64,000 nt of DNA, taken from the NCBI GenBank assembly GCA_950097015.1, contig CATNEN010000038.1, forward strand, positions 14,880,001 through 14,944,000. The letters are read 5' to 3'. The DNA comes from Macrostomum hystrix (lineage: Eukaryota; Animalia; Platyhelminthes). Position 1 is the stretch's first letter. Each line of letters starts with the position of its first letter. Of this stretch, positions 36,421-48,232 are shown piece by piece. The notes under the pieces were generated by a model. That model searched no databases. It saw nothing but the letters and a program-made list of their open reading frames with translations, and was not told the DNA's origin. Position numbers and translations under genes: made by a program.

Positions 36421-37963
36421 AGGAAATCCTAGATCCAGATACTAGCCTAGGAAATCCGAGTTCCAGATACTAGCCTAGGAAATCCTAGTTCCAGATACTA
36501 GCCTAGGAAATCCTAGTTCCAGATACTAGCCTAGGAAATCCTAGTTCCAGATACTAGCCTAGGAAATCCGAGTTCCAGATACTAGCCTAGGAAATCCGAG
36601 TTCCAGATACTAGCCTAGGAAATCCTAGTTCCAGATACTAGCCTAGGAAATCCTAGTTCCAGATACTAGCCTAGGAAATCCTAGTTCCAGATACTAGCCT
36701 AGGAAATCCTAGTTCCAGATACTAGCCTAGGAAATCCTAGTTCCAGATACTAGCCTAGGAAATCCTAGTTCCAGATACTAGCCTAGGAAATCCTAGTTCC
36801 AGATACTAGCCTAGGAAATCCTAGTTCCAGATACTAGCCTAGGAAATCCTAGTTCCAGATACTAGCCTAGGAAATCCGAGTTCCAGATACTAGCCTAGGA
36901 AACCCTAGTTCCAGATACTAGCCTAGGAAATCCGAGTTCCAGATACTAGCCTAGGAAATCCTAGTTCCAGATACTAGCCTAGGAAACCCTAGTTCCAGAT
37001 ACTAGCCTAGGAAACCCGAGTTCCAGATACTAGCCTAGGCAATCCGAGTTCCAGATACTAGCCTAGGAAATCCTAGTTCCAGATACTAGCCTAGGAAATC
37101 CGAGTTCCAGATACTAGCCTAGGAAATCCTAGTTCCAGATACTAGCCTAGGAAATCCGAGTTCCAGATACTAGCCTAGGAAATCCTAGTTCCAGATACTA
37201 GCCTAGGAAATCCGAGTTCCAGATACTAGCCTAGGAAATCCGAGTTCCAGATACTAGCCTAGGAAATCCGAGTTCCAGATACTAGCCTAGGAAATCCTAG
37301 TTCCAGATACTAGCCTAGGAAATCCTAGTTCCAGATACTAGCCTAGGAAATCCTAGTTCCAGATACTAGCCTAGGAAATCCTAGTTCCAGATACTAGCCT
37401 AGGAAATCCGAGTTCCAGATACTAGCCTAGGAAATCCTAGTTCCAGATACTAGCCTAGGAAATCCGAGTTCCAGATACTAGCCTAGGAAATCCTAGTTCC
37501 AGATACTAGCCTAGGAAATCCTAGTTCCAGATACTAGCCTAGGAAATCCGAGTTCCAGATACTAGCCTAGGAAATCCGAGTTCCAGATACTAGCCTAGGA
37601 AATCCGAGTTCCAGATACTAGCCTAGGAAATCCTAGTTCCAGATACTAGCCTAGGAAATCCGAGTTCCAGATACTAGCCTAGGAAATCCGAGTTCCAGAT
37701 ACTAGCCTAGGAAATCCGAGTTCCAGATACTAGCCTAGGAAATCCGAGTTCCAGATACTAGCCTAGGAAATCCGAGTTCCAGATACTAGCCTAGGAAATC
37801 CTAGTTCCAGATACTAGCCTAGGAAATCCGAGTTCCAGATACTAGCCTAGGAAATCCGAGTTCCAGATACTAGCCTAGGAAATCCGAGTTCCAGATACTA
37901 GCCTAGGAAATCCGAGTTCCAGATACTAGCCTAGGAAATCCGAGTTCCAGATACTAGCCTAGG
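36421..37963. repeat. 28-bp minisatellite GCCTAGGAAATCC(T/G)AGTTCCAGATACTA, ~55 copies
   Basis: 28-nt period, very homogeneous, between RPS14 and RPA2. Confidence 0.98.
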
Positions 37964-38210
37964 CAAGTTGTTTAAGAAAATAACAACAAAAAATCGGATG
38001 TTTTTGATATACTTTTTTTGAATCCAGACACAATTATGGGTCCACCTTCAAAACTGCTTGCTTTAAAAAGTGTTTATTCTCGGATAACACGAAGCTATAG
38101 ATTTACTCGTCAGCTTATCGACAAAGAGAGATACTAGAGAAGCAAGACAGTCAGGTTTACTCAAAGCACTGCAGCCCTTTGTCGTCCAACCGAAGTTCTA
38201 TACTTTTATT

Positions 38211-39177
<967 letters not shown>

Positions 39178-40740
39178 AGCTACTGATCAATGTGCTCTCA
39201 GAATAATTTTAGGGGCAAGCTGCAGAGAAATAAAAAATTAAAAAATTGCTAATACAGTTTAACTTGCACCTGATGCATGATACATATACAGTTAATATTT
39301 ACATTGTTGTCATATGATGTGATATGATTTGATAATTTCCTGGATCATAGGCAAAACATTTTAACAGCAAAAATGATCTACTTTTGCCCCCTGATTGCAT
39401 TGTTGGTGTTCACTAGCTAAACTGAATTTATTCTGACAGCCTATAAAGCTTCAATTAATATTGAAATATCACTACTGATTTGAAGTCCTATATAGATGAC
39501 TATTTATATCAAACTCAACAATTTTTAGTTTTCTAGTTTACTAGAAATGTTTTTAGTGTTTTGTTCATTAAATTATTTTTTTATATTAAAAACAATAAAT
39601 TTTAAGCTCAAAGAAAGCCATGCCAATAAACAAAACACTCGACATGAATTTTCATGGCATGCTATATTGGCTGTCAATACCTAACCATGTCTATAGTTCA
39701 ATACTATAGTCAATACCATGCTACAGCAACCTAATAAATTTAAAACTGTACAAGACAGGAAATGTTTGCTAGTTTTGGCTAAAATTTTAAAATCTAGATA
39801 CAAAGTTAGATCTCTTAGTATCTCTACTTGATTTTGTACCCAAGTGGCACCAATAGTATCAGGGTGCAAGCTGGCAAGCATGATATTCTATATCTCTGCC
39901 ATGCCATAAGTTCTGTGCTTCATAATTATGACAATTATGGTTAAGGAATTTATGGACATATTTACAAGAAGTGGTCTTTGTAGTGGTCTTATTTTAGAGG
40001 TCATTGATTTATGATTTTATATTTTAAAAAAGAAACTAGCAATACTTCAGAATCATGCATTAAATTATTATTTTGCTAGAATAAAAGCTGCAAAATTTTC
40101 TGCCGAATTTCATCAACATGCAACATTTAGCTATTTTCTAAACTGTGTTATGGTTCTTTTTTGTCTAAGGTTCAGGAATCAGAAAGGTCAACTGCAGAGA
40201 CTTAATGTGATAGTGCAAATGCAAACTGGTGCTAGGCCTAATTGAAGTGAAGTGAGTTGGACAACCAGGGCAAAGCAATTAGACAACATGTGTTTATAAT
40301 GACTTTGAAAATGGAAAGCTGCCCAATAAATTTGATATAGCAATTTAGCCTAACTTTTGTAAATGTTATTGTCGGCTATAGAATGACAATCACAATATAG
40401 AATATGACAATTTTGATTGGTGCCTAAACATCCAAAAACAAGGAGCCATGGACATTGTTCTGTTAAATGCTACCAATTATGGTCATAAGCCTACTTAATA
40501 TAAAATATACAATTTAAATTCTTTGACTACATTTAAAATTGATAGGCCTAAAATTTGTCACCTTTTTACATAAGGTAGCTAATATAAAAGACTAAACTGC
40601 ATTCACAAACAATTCTTAAAAATTAAACTCACGATTTTCTTAAATGAAAATAGTTAGACACATGATATTGGAAAACTAGGCCTACTATTATCTGCTTTTT
40701 TAGGGCAATAATCAGAAAAGGATGACTAATAGCTGTTTTT

Positions 40741-41279
40741 TAGAATCCGGTCCATTTCGGCGACAAGTCATTTCGGCGATAACCATTTTGGCGACAAGTC
40801 ATTTTGGCAACAACCACTTTGGCGACAAACATCGAAACCGCAGTAATAATGGATCTGATAGTGTTTGCTTATTGAGTAGGCCCTATGTAATGTATTTGAT
40901 TCTTCTACTTGTTAATGTATTCCTGTTATAGTATTTGTTTTAACATGTAATATAAATAGCGAGTTTGGATCAGTTTGGTCCGCGCTCTATGTGCGTCAAC
41001 CTCACCTGTCTTACTTATAAGTAGCATCATTTGCCGTCATTTTATAACTAACATATTCGTTATCGACTTCGTTATTCTACACAGGTAGAAGTGCTGTCGC
41101 GACTTTCGTCTCTGCCTTCTGTCCTCTATTCACTCTTTCGTTCTCTGCACTTTTCTTGTGCGAAATAAATTTGTTCCACAACTTCAAAAGTATTGTCGCC
41201 GAAATGGTTGTCGCCGAAATAACTTGTCGCCGAAATGGTTGTCGCCGAAATGGTATGTCGCCGAAATGGACTGTTTCCG
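40741..41279. mobile_element. MITE / foldback-type non-autonomous DNA transposon
   Basis: Left end GTCCATTTCGGCGACAA plus ~5 subterminal ~15-bp repeats; right end has the inverted TTGTCGCCGAAATGG repeats ending GGACTGTTTCCG. T-runs on both flanks; no internal ORF. Confidence 0.8.
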
Positions 41280-43675
41280 TTTTTTAATGTCGATGAGCTT
41301 TTGTTTGCCCCTAGTCCTAGATTCCTAGTGGATTGGTTTGCGTTGTCTGTGAAGTTGATTAAGAAAGAAGTAAAGAATAAACAAAAATAAGATGAGATGC
41401 TAGCATCCTTTTGAACGAAATGTCAGAATTAAATCAATGCAGCACCAGTACAATACATTACGTTAGGCCTATTACAAAAACTTCAATAAAAATGGTGTCG
41501 TCGTGACGATGGTGACCTGTCGATGTAAACAAAATTGAACACATTTATTTATACTGACAAAAAGGTGAGGCAAAATTACTTTGATTTGTAACTAGAAGAC
41601 CCTCTAAAACGTGCCGTTATTGAATAAGCCACACAATTTTATCTATTTGAATTTGCCCCTATTTGTATCTGATAAAACAAAAAATGCAATTGGTTTTCAC
41701 AAAAGTTAGTTCAGCTTTGATGCTCTTGCAACATTTTTAACAGACTATGTATTAAGTGAAGTAATTTGCTCATTAAACAATCAATAGTTCTTGAGCACAG
41801 TCTTTCAAGCCTTTTCGTTTTACCATGAACGTATTTTATCAAACTTAATTAGTACCGACGGTAAAGGTAAAACTAATAGTATATAGAAGATCGTTGCACT
41901 TGTTTGATGTGCAAGAAATTCTTATGAAGATAAAATTTTATTGCTACGATGTCCCACAACGCATGCACTTCTGAAGTCCACGGATAGCACATTATATAAA
42001 GGTTCGGAAATCAAATGGAAAAAATTGATCTATCTTTTATAAGAAGCATCGAGATGCATCGAGTTGGAACGCAGACCCAATGCAAGTATCAGTGTGGTAT
42101 ACATTTTCCCATGAAATGGGGCGTTCCATACGGGACGGGAACACTATAATTCACCTTAGCTTCGGATGTTTTATATTAATATTTTGGTATACACTACACA
42201 ATACCAGCTAGCTCTATCATCGTATTTAGGCAAAATTTTAGTCCGTGACCCTCGAAACAATTTACAACCTATAATGAATTTCTAGGGTGTCACAATAGTT
42301 AACAGAAACTTATATGTCAGTGCGAAAGTGGAAACATGATATCATGAATATTTGAATATATGACAGGATTATGAAGTGAAAGGATTATGAACTGACAGGA
42401 TTATGAACTGACAGGATAATGAACTGACGAGACTATATTAATCATAGCCATAGCCGTTATCTTAATTAGGTTATATTTGTTTGAGCAGACAGTCCTTCGA
42501 CGGGCGGCTGCTTATGCCAAGGTGTTTTCGCTAAACGTGTCGGCTCTAAAAACGACCCGTGCCCCGAGAGGGCAGGTAATTCCCGAGGCAGTCAAGAGAC
42601 CGTCTGTACGTGCAAACACTCTTTACGGTTGAAGTAGTGAATATAATTTTGCTAATTACCTACAATGGAGGCTTTAATCCCTGTTACCTCTCGAGCTGTT
42701 TCACACCGCAGTTTTAAATCTCGATTTGATACCTAGATTTTTTTGGTCTATGGGCCAATCGTGTTCGTTTAAATTTAATTGGCGTAACCCAACCAACCCC
42801 ACCTCCGCTTCAATTGAATGTACAATGGTCCTCCATTTACAGCACAGCGGGCTTTGAATGTACAGCGCTGTGGCTAAGCGGGAGCTTTGCAGGAAATTTA
42901 CAGTCACGGTTGACGTGCGTGATACTTGAACTCGAGATAATAAACCGCTGGACTTTTGGTGTCGAAATTCAGACGCCCCACTTCGCAATCTAACTCAGCA
43001 ATATCTCGATTTGGTAATTAACAGCTTTTGGAAGTTTGAGCTAACAGACCGAAACAACAAATAAAAAAACCTGACTTTGTACATATGTTATTACAGCGAA
43101 ATAGCTTAATCCTTACGACATAGCTCCTGACTTTGCAAAAGCAATTAACGTTTCACCAACTGGTTTGACTCAATTCTGCACTGAAGCATCCTTTAAATAT
43201 TTAATCAGTTTATTAAAAAGATACCAGGATCTGCTCAGCATATCAAATTAGGTGAATTTCTAGACATTACACCGACTAAATTAAATTGCCTGTTTGGACA
43301 CAATTTTTTTACCTATCGAGGAAAATAATTAAGAGATAACTCCATTATCAACATTTTGCTCATACTTACATAAGCGATCTGAGCAGTATAGGTCAATATT
43401 GTTATCGAATAGTCTACAAGGATTAGATTCTAGTGCGTTTTATGCTAATCCCAATATGGAAATGTGCGGGTAAACATCGAGCATCTGACAGCCTAATTAA
43501 TCCATGCGCTCGTATTGGCCTGAGTTATAGAGGCTGCATTGATAGCAGCACTTAGCAAAACCCCTGTTCGGAAAGAGACATGCGGCTTCAGAATCTGCTT
43601 TGGGAATTAATCTACGAACCTGATTTGATCGGGCAAACACAACCTTGGGTTATAAAAATTATATATATATAAGGA

Positions 43676-45544
43676 ATGCTTAAGGCAAGTCGAAAGATAA
43701 CTGTTTCAAATTTAAAGCGATCACCAGCTTTAAACATGGGAAAATCTTTACTGCCAAACTGTTTGCTGTTTGTCATGTCTTGCTGTCAGCTGTTCTGCTG
43801 TTGCCATACCAACCAGACCAACGCGCCGCCGAGTACTGGCTATCCGAACTCATTATCTGACCGGGCGATTTGCACGAAGCTCGTGTCCCGACCAGAGACA
43901 TCTTTGATCCACAGCGCACTCGGAGTGCTAGCCGTTGGTCGGTGCCCGCCATCTGCATCGGATACGACTATCAAGGATCTGTGCCACCATTTGGGCCCAG
44001 AGCGACACATCAGACCAGACACCGTGCCGGTATTCGATAATCAAGGTATTCTCTACCTCAACCAGTACTGTCTGATGTGCAATAGCGCCCCAGACCAAGC
44101 TAAGCTGGTTTTTTCAGCTCTAACCAATGTAACCGTTTCCTGTTCGCGGAGTGTTAACGAACCCTGGGAACGGCACTCTTTGGACAATTTGTTACAGACA
44201 ACAAAGAATGGTTCGTTAGTACTTCCGGTTGGCTGTCGAGGTACCTTCTTGGTAGCTTTGGCTCACCCTGGCTTGGTTGACTGCTGTCCTATCAACGAGA
44301 CATTGTGCCGGGCCAAGTTTACCGAAGTCACAACTGTTGACATTGTGTTTAATTTTCGCATCGATTTCTTTAATCTATCTGGTCGATCCCGAATTCCGAA
44401 CGAAATGGACGGCGCTGATCGAAGCTCTAACCTGTGGAACTCGTCATCATGGACAGGGTTCTCGTTTCCTCGACGAGTAACGAGAGTCAGTCTTCTGGTG
44501 TTCTCGATGCTCAGCCTCGTGTGCCTCATCGCCATTTACAGCTGCTGCTGCCTGTCCGGACTGCGAAACCGTCCCGGTTATCTTCTGGTGTCGCACTGCT
44601 TCGCTCTGCTGCTTGTCTACGGCATCGACCTCCTCGAACTGACGGAAATTCCGAGTGTTTGGCTGCTGCAACAGCACTGGGTCTACTCTCTGACGGTTTT
44701 CGCAGCAAACGCCGCCTTCTGCTGGGCCCTGCTATTTGGTTGCGACCTCCTGCGAGCGTTGAGCGGCCTCAGCGTCAGCGGTTCCGGCGGCGGTGGCGCC
44801 AGCCAGCCATCAGATAGGCGCTCACGCCTCATAAGCGCTGCCCGCCTTGCCCTCATCGGCTGGGGTGTTCCGCTCCTATTCGCGGCAGCACCGATGGTAA
44901 CTCAGCGCGTCATTCGGCTGCGGCAAATCGAACAACAACAGCTCAACGCTACCGACGTCGGAATCACCAACTGGTCTGAGCTGCAGTTGGGCATTGTGTT
45001 CGCACCTTGGGCCGCTACGCTAGCTTTGAACTTTCTAGCCCTGGCTGCTATTTGGCGCAGAATTTTCTTAGCCGCCCAGAGTGCCCGACAAGGCGGCGCA
45101 GGATTTAATGCAGCCACAAGCACCAGGGGCTTTGCTAAAGCGAAACGATTGGCGATTACCGCCCTAAAAGTGTCAGTTCTGCTAGGAGTGTGCTGGCTGC
45201 CATTCTGTTTGAGCATATCGTTGGGCTTGTCGCATGAGTCGATTGGCTTCCTCGCTGGTCAGCTCTGTCGCAGCAGCCAGGGCTTGCTGCTCCTAGCGGC
45301 TTTCGGTAGCAGCGCTCGAGTGCGAAAGCAGCTGGCTGATCGACTGACCAAGAGGTCGACCTCCTCAGGACCCGGTAGCGGTCTGGCAGTTAAAGGCGAT
45401 TTAACGAAGGGTCGAAGGCGCAACACTGGAGCAACGACCAGCGGCGGCAGCGACAACAGCCGACCTCAGGATGATAAAACTTCAAGGCGCTTGTTGGGTC
45501 CTGCGGCTGGACAAAAAGTTGAAAGAAACGACAAGCTTGCTTAA
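43676..45544 (+). CDS. intronless family-B/adhesion (Methuselah-like) G-protein-coupled receptor
   Basis: 622-aa ORF, likely start Met at 43736 with signal peptide. Cys-rich ectodomain (PV...YxNxYCxxC). Seven hydrophobic segments with LRNRPG, AFCW..D, GWGVP, KxxxLLGxxW and QG motifs typical of secretin/adhesion-type 7TMs. Confidence 0.8.
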   Translation: MLKASRKITVSNLKRSPALNMGKSLLPNCLLFVMSCCQLFCCCHTNQTNAPPSTGYPNSLSDRAICTKLVSRPETSLIHSALGVLAVGRCPPSASDTTIKDLCHHLGPERHIRPDTVPVFDNQGILYLNQYCLMCNSAPDQAKLVFSALTNVTVSCSRSVNEPWERHSLDNLLQTTKNGSLVLPVGCRGTFLVALAHPGLVDCCPINETLCRAKFTEVTTVDIVFNFRIDFFNLSGRSRIPNEMDGADRSSNLWNSSSWTGFSFPRRVTRVSLLVFSMLSLVCLIAIYSCCCLSGLRNRPGYLLVSHCFALLLVYGIDLLELTEIPSVWLLQQHWVYSLTVFAANAAFCWALLFGCDLLRALSGLSVSGSGGGGASQPSDRRSRLISAARLALIGWGVPLLFAAAPMVTQRVIRLRQIEQQQLNATDVGITNWSELQLGIVFAPWAATLALNFLALAAIWRRIFLAAQSARQGGAGFNAATSTRGFAKAKRLAITALKVSVLLGVCWLPFCLSISLGLSHESIGFLAGQLCRSSQGLLLLAAFGSSARVRKQLADRLTKRSTSSGPGSGLAVKGDLTKGRRRNTGATTSGGSDNSRPQDDKTSRRLLGPAAGQKVERNDKLA

Positions 45545-45845
45545 AATAGCTCGTACATGTGTACCCCTGAGACCGTGACAAATCACTGAAGAACTATGTC
45601 AAGGGTCAGTGTCTAATTAAGCAATATTTTGTATCGGAATTCCTAATTTCCGAGTTGCTGAGTTTTACCAATAACTGTTTAACATAAAACAAATTTCCGA
45701 GTTTAATAGCTTTTAAATTTCTAAGATCATAAGATTCGTAAGAAAGAGTGTGTGATACGAGTTTTTTTATTTTGCTAGTCTGAATATCCTAGTGATTTCC
45801 TGTAGTATATATTAGTATCGGAATCCTATATACGAGTACTTTATA

Positions 45846-46013
45846 CGATAATAATAATTTAATATAACTGCCCCAATTTGGGCCACGTACGGCTGTTCAG
45901 TCCATGGACTGGCGGAACCGGCACCCACCCTAAATAAGCCCAGGTAACGCTGGTAGCCATTTAACAGCTGGTTGAAGTGAAGCAATGCATGGCTAAGTGT
46001 CTCGCAATAGGAC
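45846..46013 (-). mobile_element. 5'-truncated SINE family A copy
   Basis: Reverse complement has CCAGCTGTTAAATGG, CAGTCCATGGACTGAACAGC and GGCCCAAATTGGGGCAG plus an (ATT)n tail, as in 50925-51235. Confidence 0.8.
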
Positions 46014-46217
46014 AACTAGTCCTAAACCTGACACGACTATACTCCTATTGTACTTACCCGCGCATCCTGTATCAAATGTTCCAGAGAGTCTCTTTTTATC
46101 CGAAGTTTTAATAGTCCTGAACCAGTTAAATCTGAATTTTTTCAGGCCGACCAAGTGCTGGTTTTGATTAGCCAAATATTGGTTTATTTCCTGTTCACAT
46201 AAAATATTAAGCGTTGA

Positions 46218-47210
46218 TTAAAAACTCAATAGTTCTTTCAAAAAGTTCAGCTCAAAAAGCTTATCGCAATTGCAGGTGTCGCCTACCAGCTCAATCTCAA
46301 CAGAGTCTTGTTCGCTCTCCGTATTTCCACCTGTTGTGCCGAGGCAGCAATTACCGGCGCACAAAGAGCCGCCTCCTCCGCCGGGATGAAGGTAGTAGGT
46401 GCCAGCTCCGCCGCCGCTGAAGCCGCCGCCGCCTCCACCAGACGAAATTATGTCGCCGGTTCCGTCGGATACATAACACAAAAACAATAAAAGCTTGTGT
46501 TTAGCTCAGCAAGAGTTTACTGAGAAATGTTTGAACAGTCTTGTTTGCCCTAGAAAGTGGTATTTTTGCTTGCGACGCTCCTGAAACGTCATAGATTTGA
46601 CCACACATACTTTATGGTACTAATAGTACGATAATAGTTAAAAAGATAAATGCTTCTCTCTCACTCGCAACAAGGTTCCAGAGCTCGATTCTTCAGCGAG
46701 GTCACATTAATTTGGGTCGCAGCCGCGGAGAGAAGGCTTGGGGACTTGTCGTGCAATTTAAGCCCTTGAGGGCCAACCGCATGAGAGTGTACACTGCCTG
46801 ACGATGAGCTAGAAAGTTGTTGCAGTTGCTCGTAACAAAAACACTTGTCTCACAAATAACAGGCTGAGTGGCGCTGAACTTTCCCGATGGCTGTTGGGCC
46901 GGGTTGACAGCAGTCCACAGCAGGTCGTCGGGTCCGCCACAAGCTGCCTCTGCCCAGGAGAGCCAGTCGAAGCGGATAGCTAGTCGCTGCCACTCGGTAC
47001 CACCAGCTGGCAGATTCCGCTGCAGTCTCTGCTAAGTCTGGCCATTGTGCAGAAACCTATTGACGCATCTCGCCAGGCAACTAATACCGAGCCACACTTC
47101 AGTCTCGCTGAGCACGGAGCTTCCGTCGATGATGACAGCGGGACCGACAATGCGACGGTAGAGAGCCTCCAGTTGCTGCGACTGGGGAGACCAGCCGTCT
47201 GCACCTGCAC
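46218..47210 (-). pseudogene. probable degenerate gene fragments: exon-like segment with in-frame stop, plus a segment with an ALK/LTK-type glycine-rich motif
   Basis: 46470-46218 reads SGGGGGGFSGGGAG..GGGGGSLC....GTTGGN.....VEI. The segment ~47204-46854 is GC-rich and exon-like (tgtgcag acceptor, gtgaga donor) but has TAG at 47034-47032. Confidence 0.4.
46655..46805 (+). mobile_element. degenerate SINE family B copy
   Basis: Shares ggagagaaggcttgggg..tgtcgtgcaattta.gccct..gggccaacc with 18085-18392. Confidence 0.65.
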
Positions 47211-48232
47211 AGGATTAGATAAAAAAATCGTGACATAGCGCTGACTATTGTGGTGTGGTTGAAATGCTTCTGTGACTTTAACATGGTTCATGAGTAACGA
47301 CTGTTGGTTAATTAATCTTCTTCAGAAGGACATACTCGTACACAAATATTAGACTATATGATCAACGATATGAAGGATATGAATTCAATTCCTAATATAA
47401 TTAAATCGGTAATAAAAAGACTTACCAACTTAGGACATTGGATTTAAAACTTGGCCGACAATAAAAATGCCATAAAGCATTTTACAGCCTTGGTTGCTTC
47501 TCTAAGAAATAGCGCTTAAAACTTCAAGCAATGCGAGAAAATAGTAACTTCATTTTCAATTTCATAGAGGTTTAGGGCGCCGAAGAGCGAAAATTCGATG
47601 GCGAAGATTAGCCGGGGCCAATCTTTTTATGTTGTCAAGGTTACTGAGGATGGAGGCTTTCGTATGCATCTGAGGAAAGCTTTGCATCATTTTTTACTTT
47701 ATCCTAATATCTTACATGTAATTAAATCTATAAACTTACTTGAATCTGACGATTACAAGAAAGTTTAGTCCATGTAATTATTCCAGTATTCAAAATCTTC
47801 TTAAAAATTGCATTCATACAGTTTCAATAAGATAATCATCGTCTAGGATCATCAAAAATACATAGACATTTTGAATCGTAAAAAGTATTGGTTAACTTGG
47901 GGACTGCTTTGGGATTAAAAATTAGGCCAATAGTATGTGAGATACATTTGGGGTAGATATTAAGGTGAAAAATATAAGAAAAATATATGCTAGTAAGAGA
48001 AACAAGTACCTTAAAATTTGTTTTACCTTAACTGAAACCGTGTTAAATTAACTTCCGAAACTGTCAATACTTTTTAAGAAATAAAAGTGGGTGGAAAAAA
48101 ATTCCTGCTATTAATAAAGTTAGTAAAAGTTAATAAATTAGTTTTTAAGCTAATTTGCTTGTATTGTAAAAGAAACACTGCAAATTAACAATCCATTGTG
48201 AAACGATTCAAAACTTAATAGTCGTGTCAAAC

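Noticed and set aside
30170-37963. 28-32-bp palindromic direct repeats resembling CRISPR arrays (also 4020-8982, 56350-57078, 60773-61930)
   Set aside because: Units are head-to-tail with no unique spacers, there are no cas genes, and the context is eukaryotic and intron-containing.
40045-40120. Possible C/D snoRNA (TTGATGA...CTGA, minus strand) upstream of RPS14 coding exons
   Set aside because: No convincing terminal stem or rRNA-complementary guide was found by eye.
46795-46840. Hammerhead-like CTGACGA-(T)GAGC...GCTC-GTAAC in the SINE B copy
   Set aside because: The GAAA core is mutated and stems I/III are not evident; at best a relic. An Infernal search on the family consensus would decide.
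47598-47670. Alternative DLAT start exon (MLSRLLRMEAF)
   Set aside because: Its best donor is phase 0/1 and does not join the phase-2 downstream exons; not excluded as a UTR exon.
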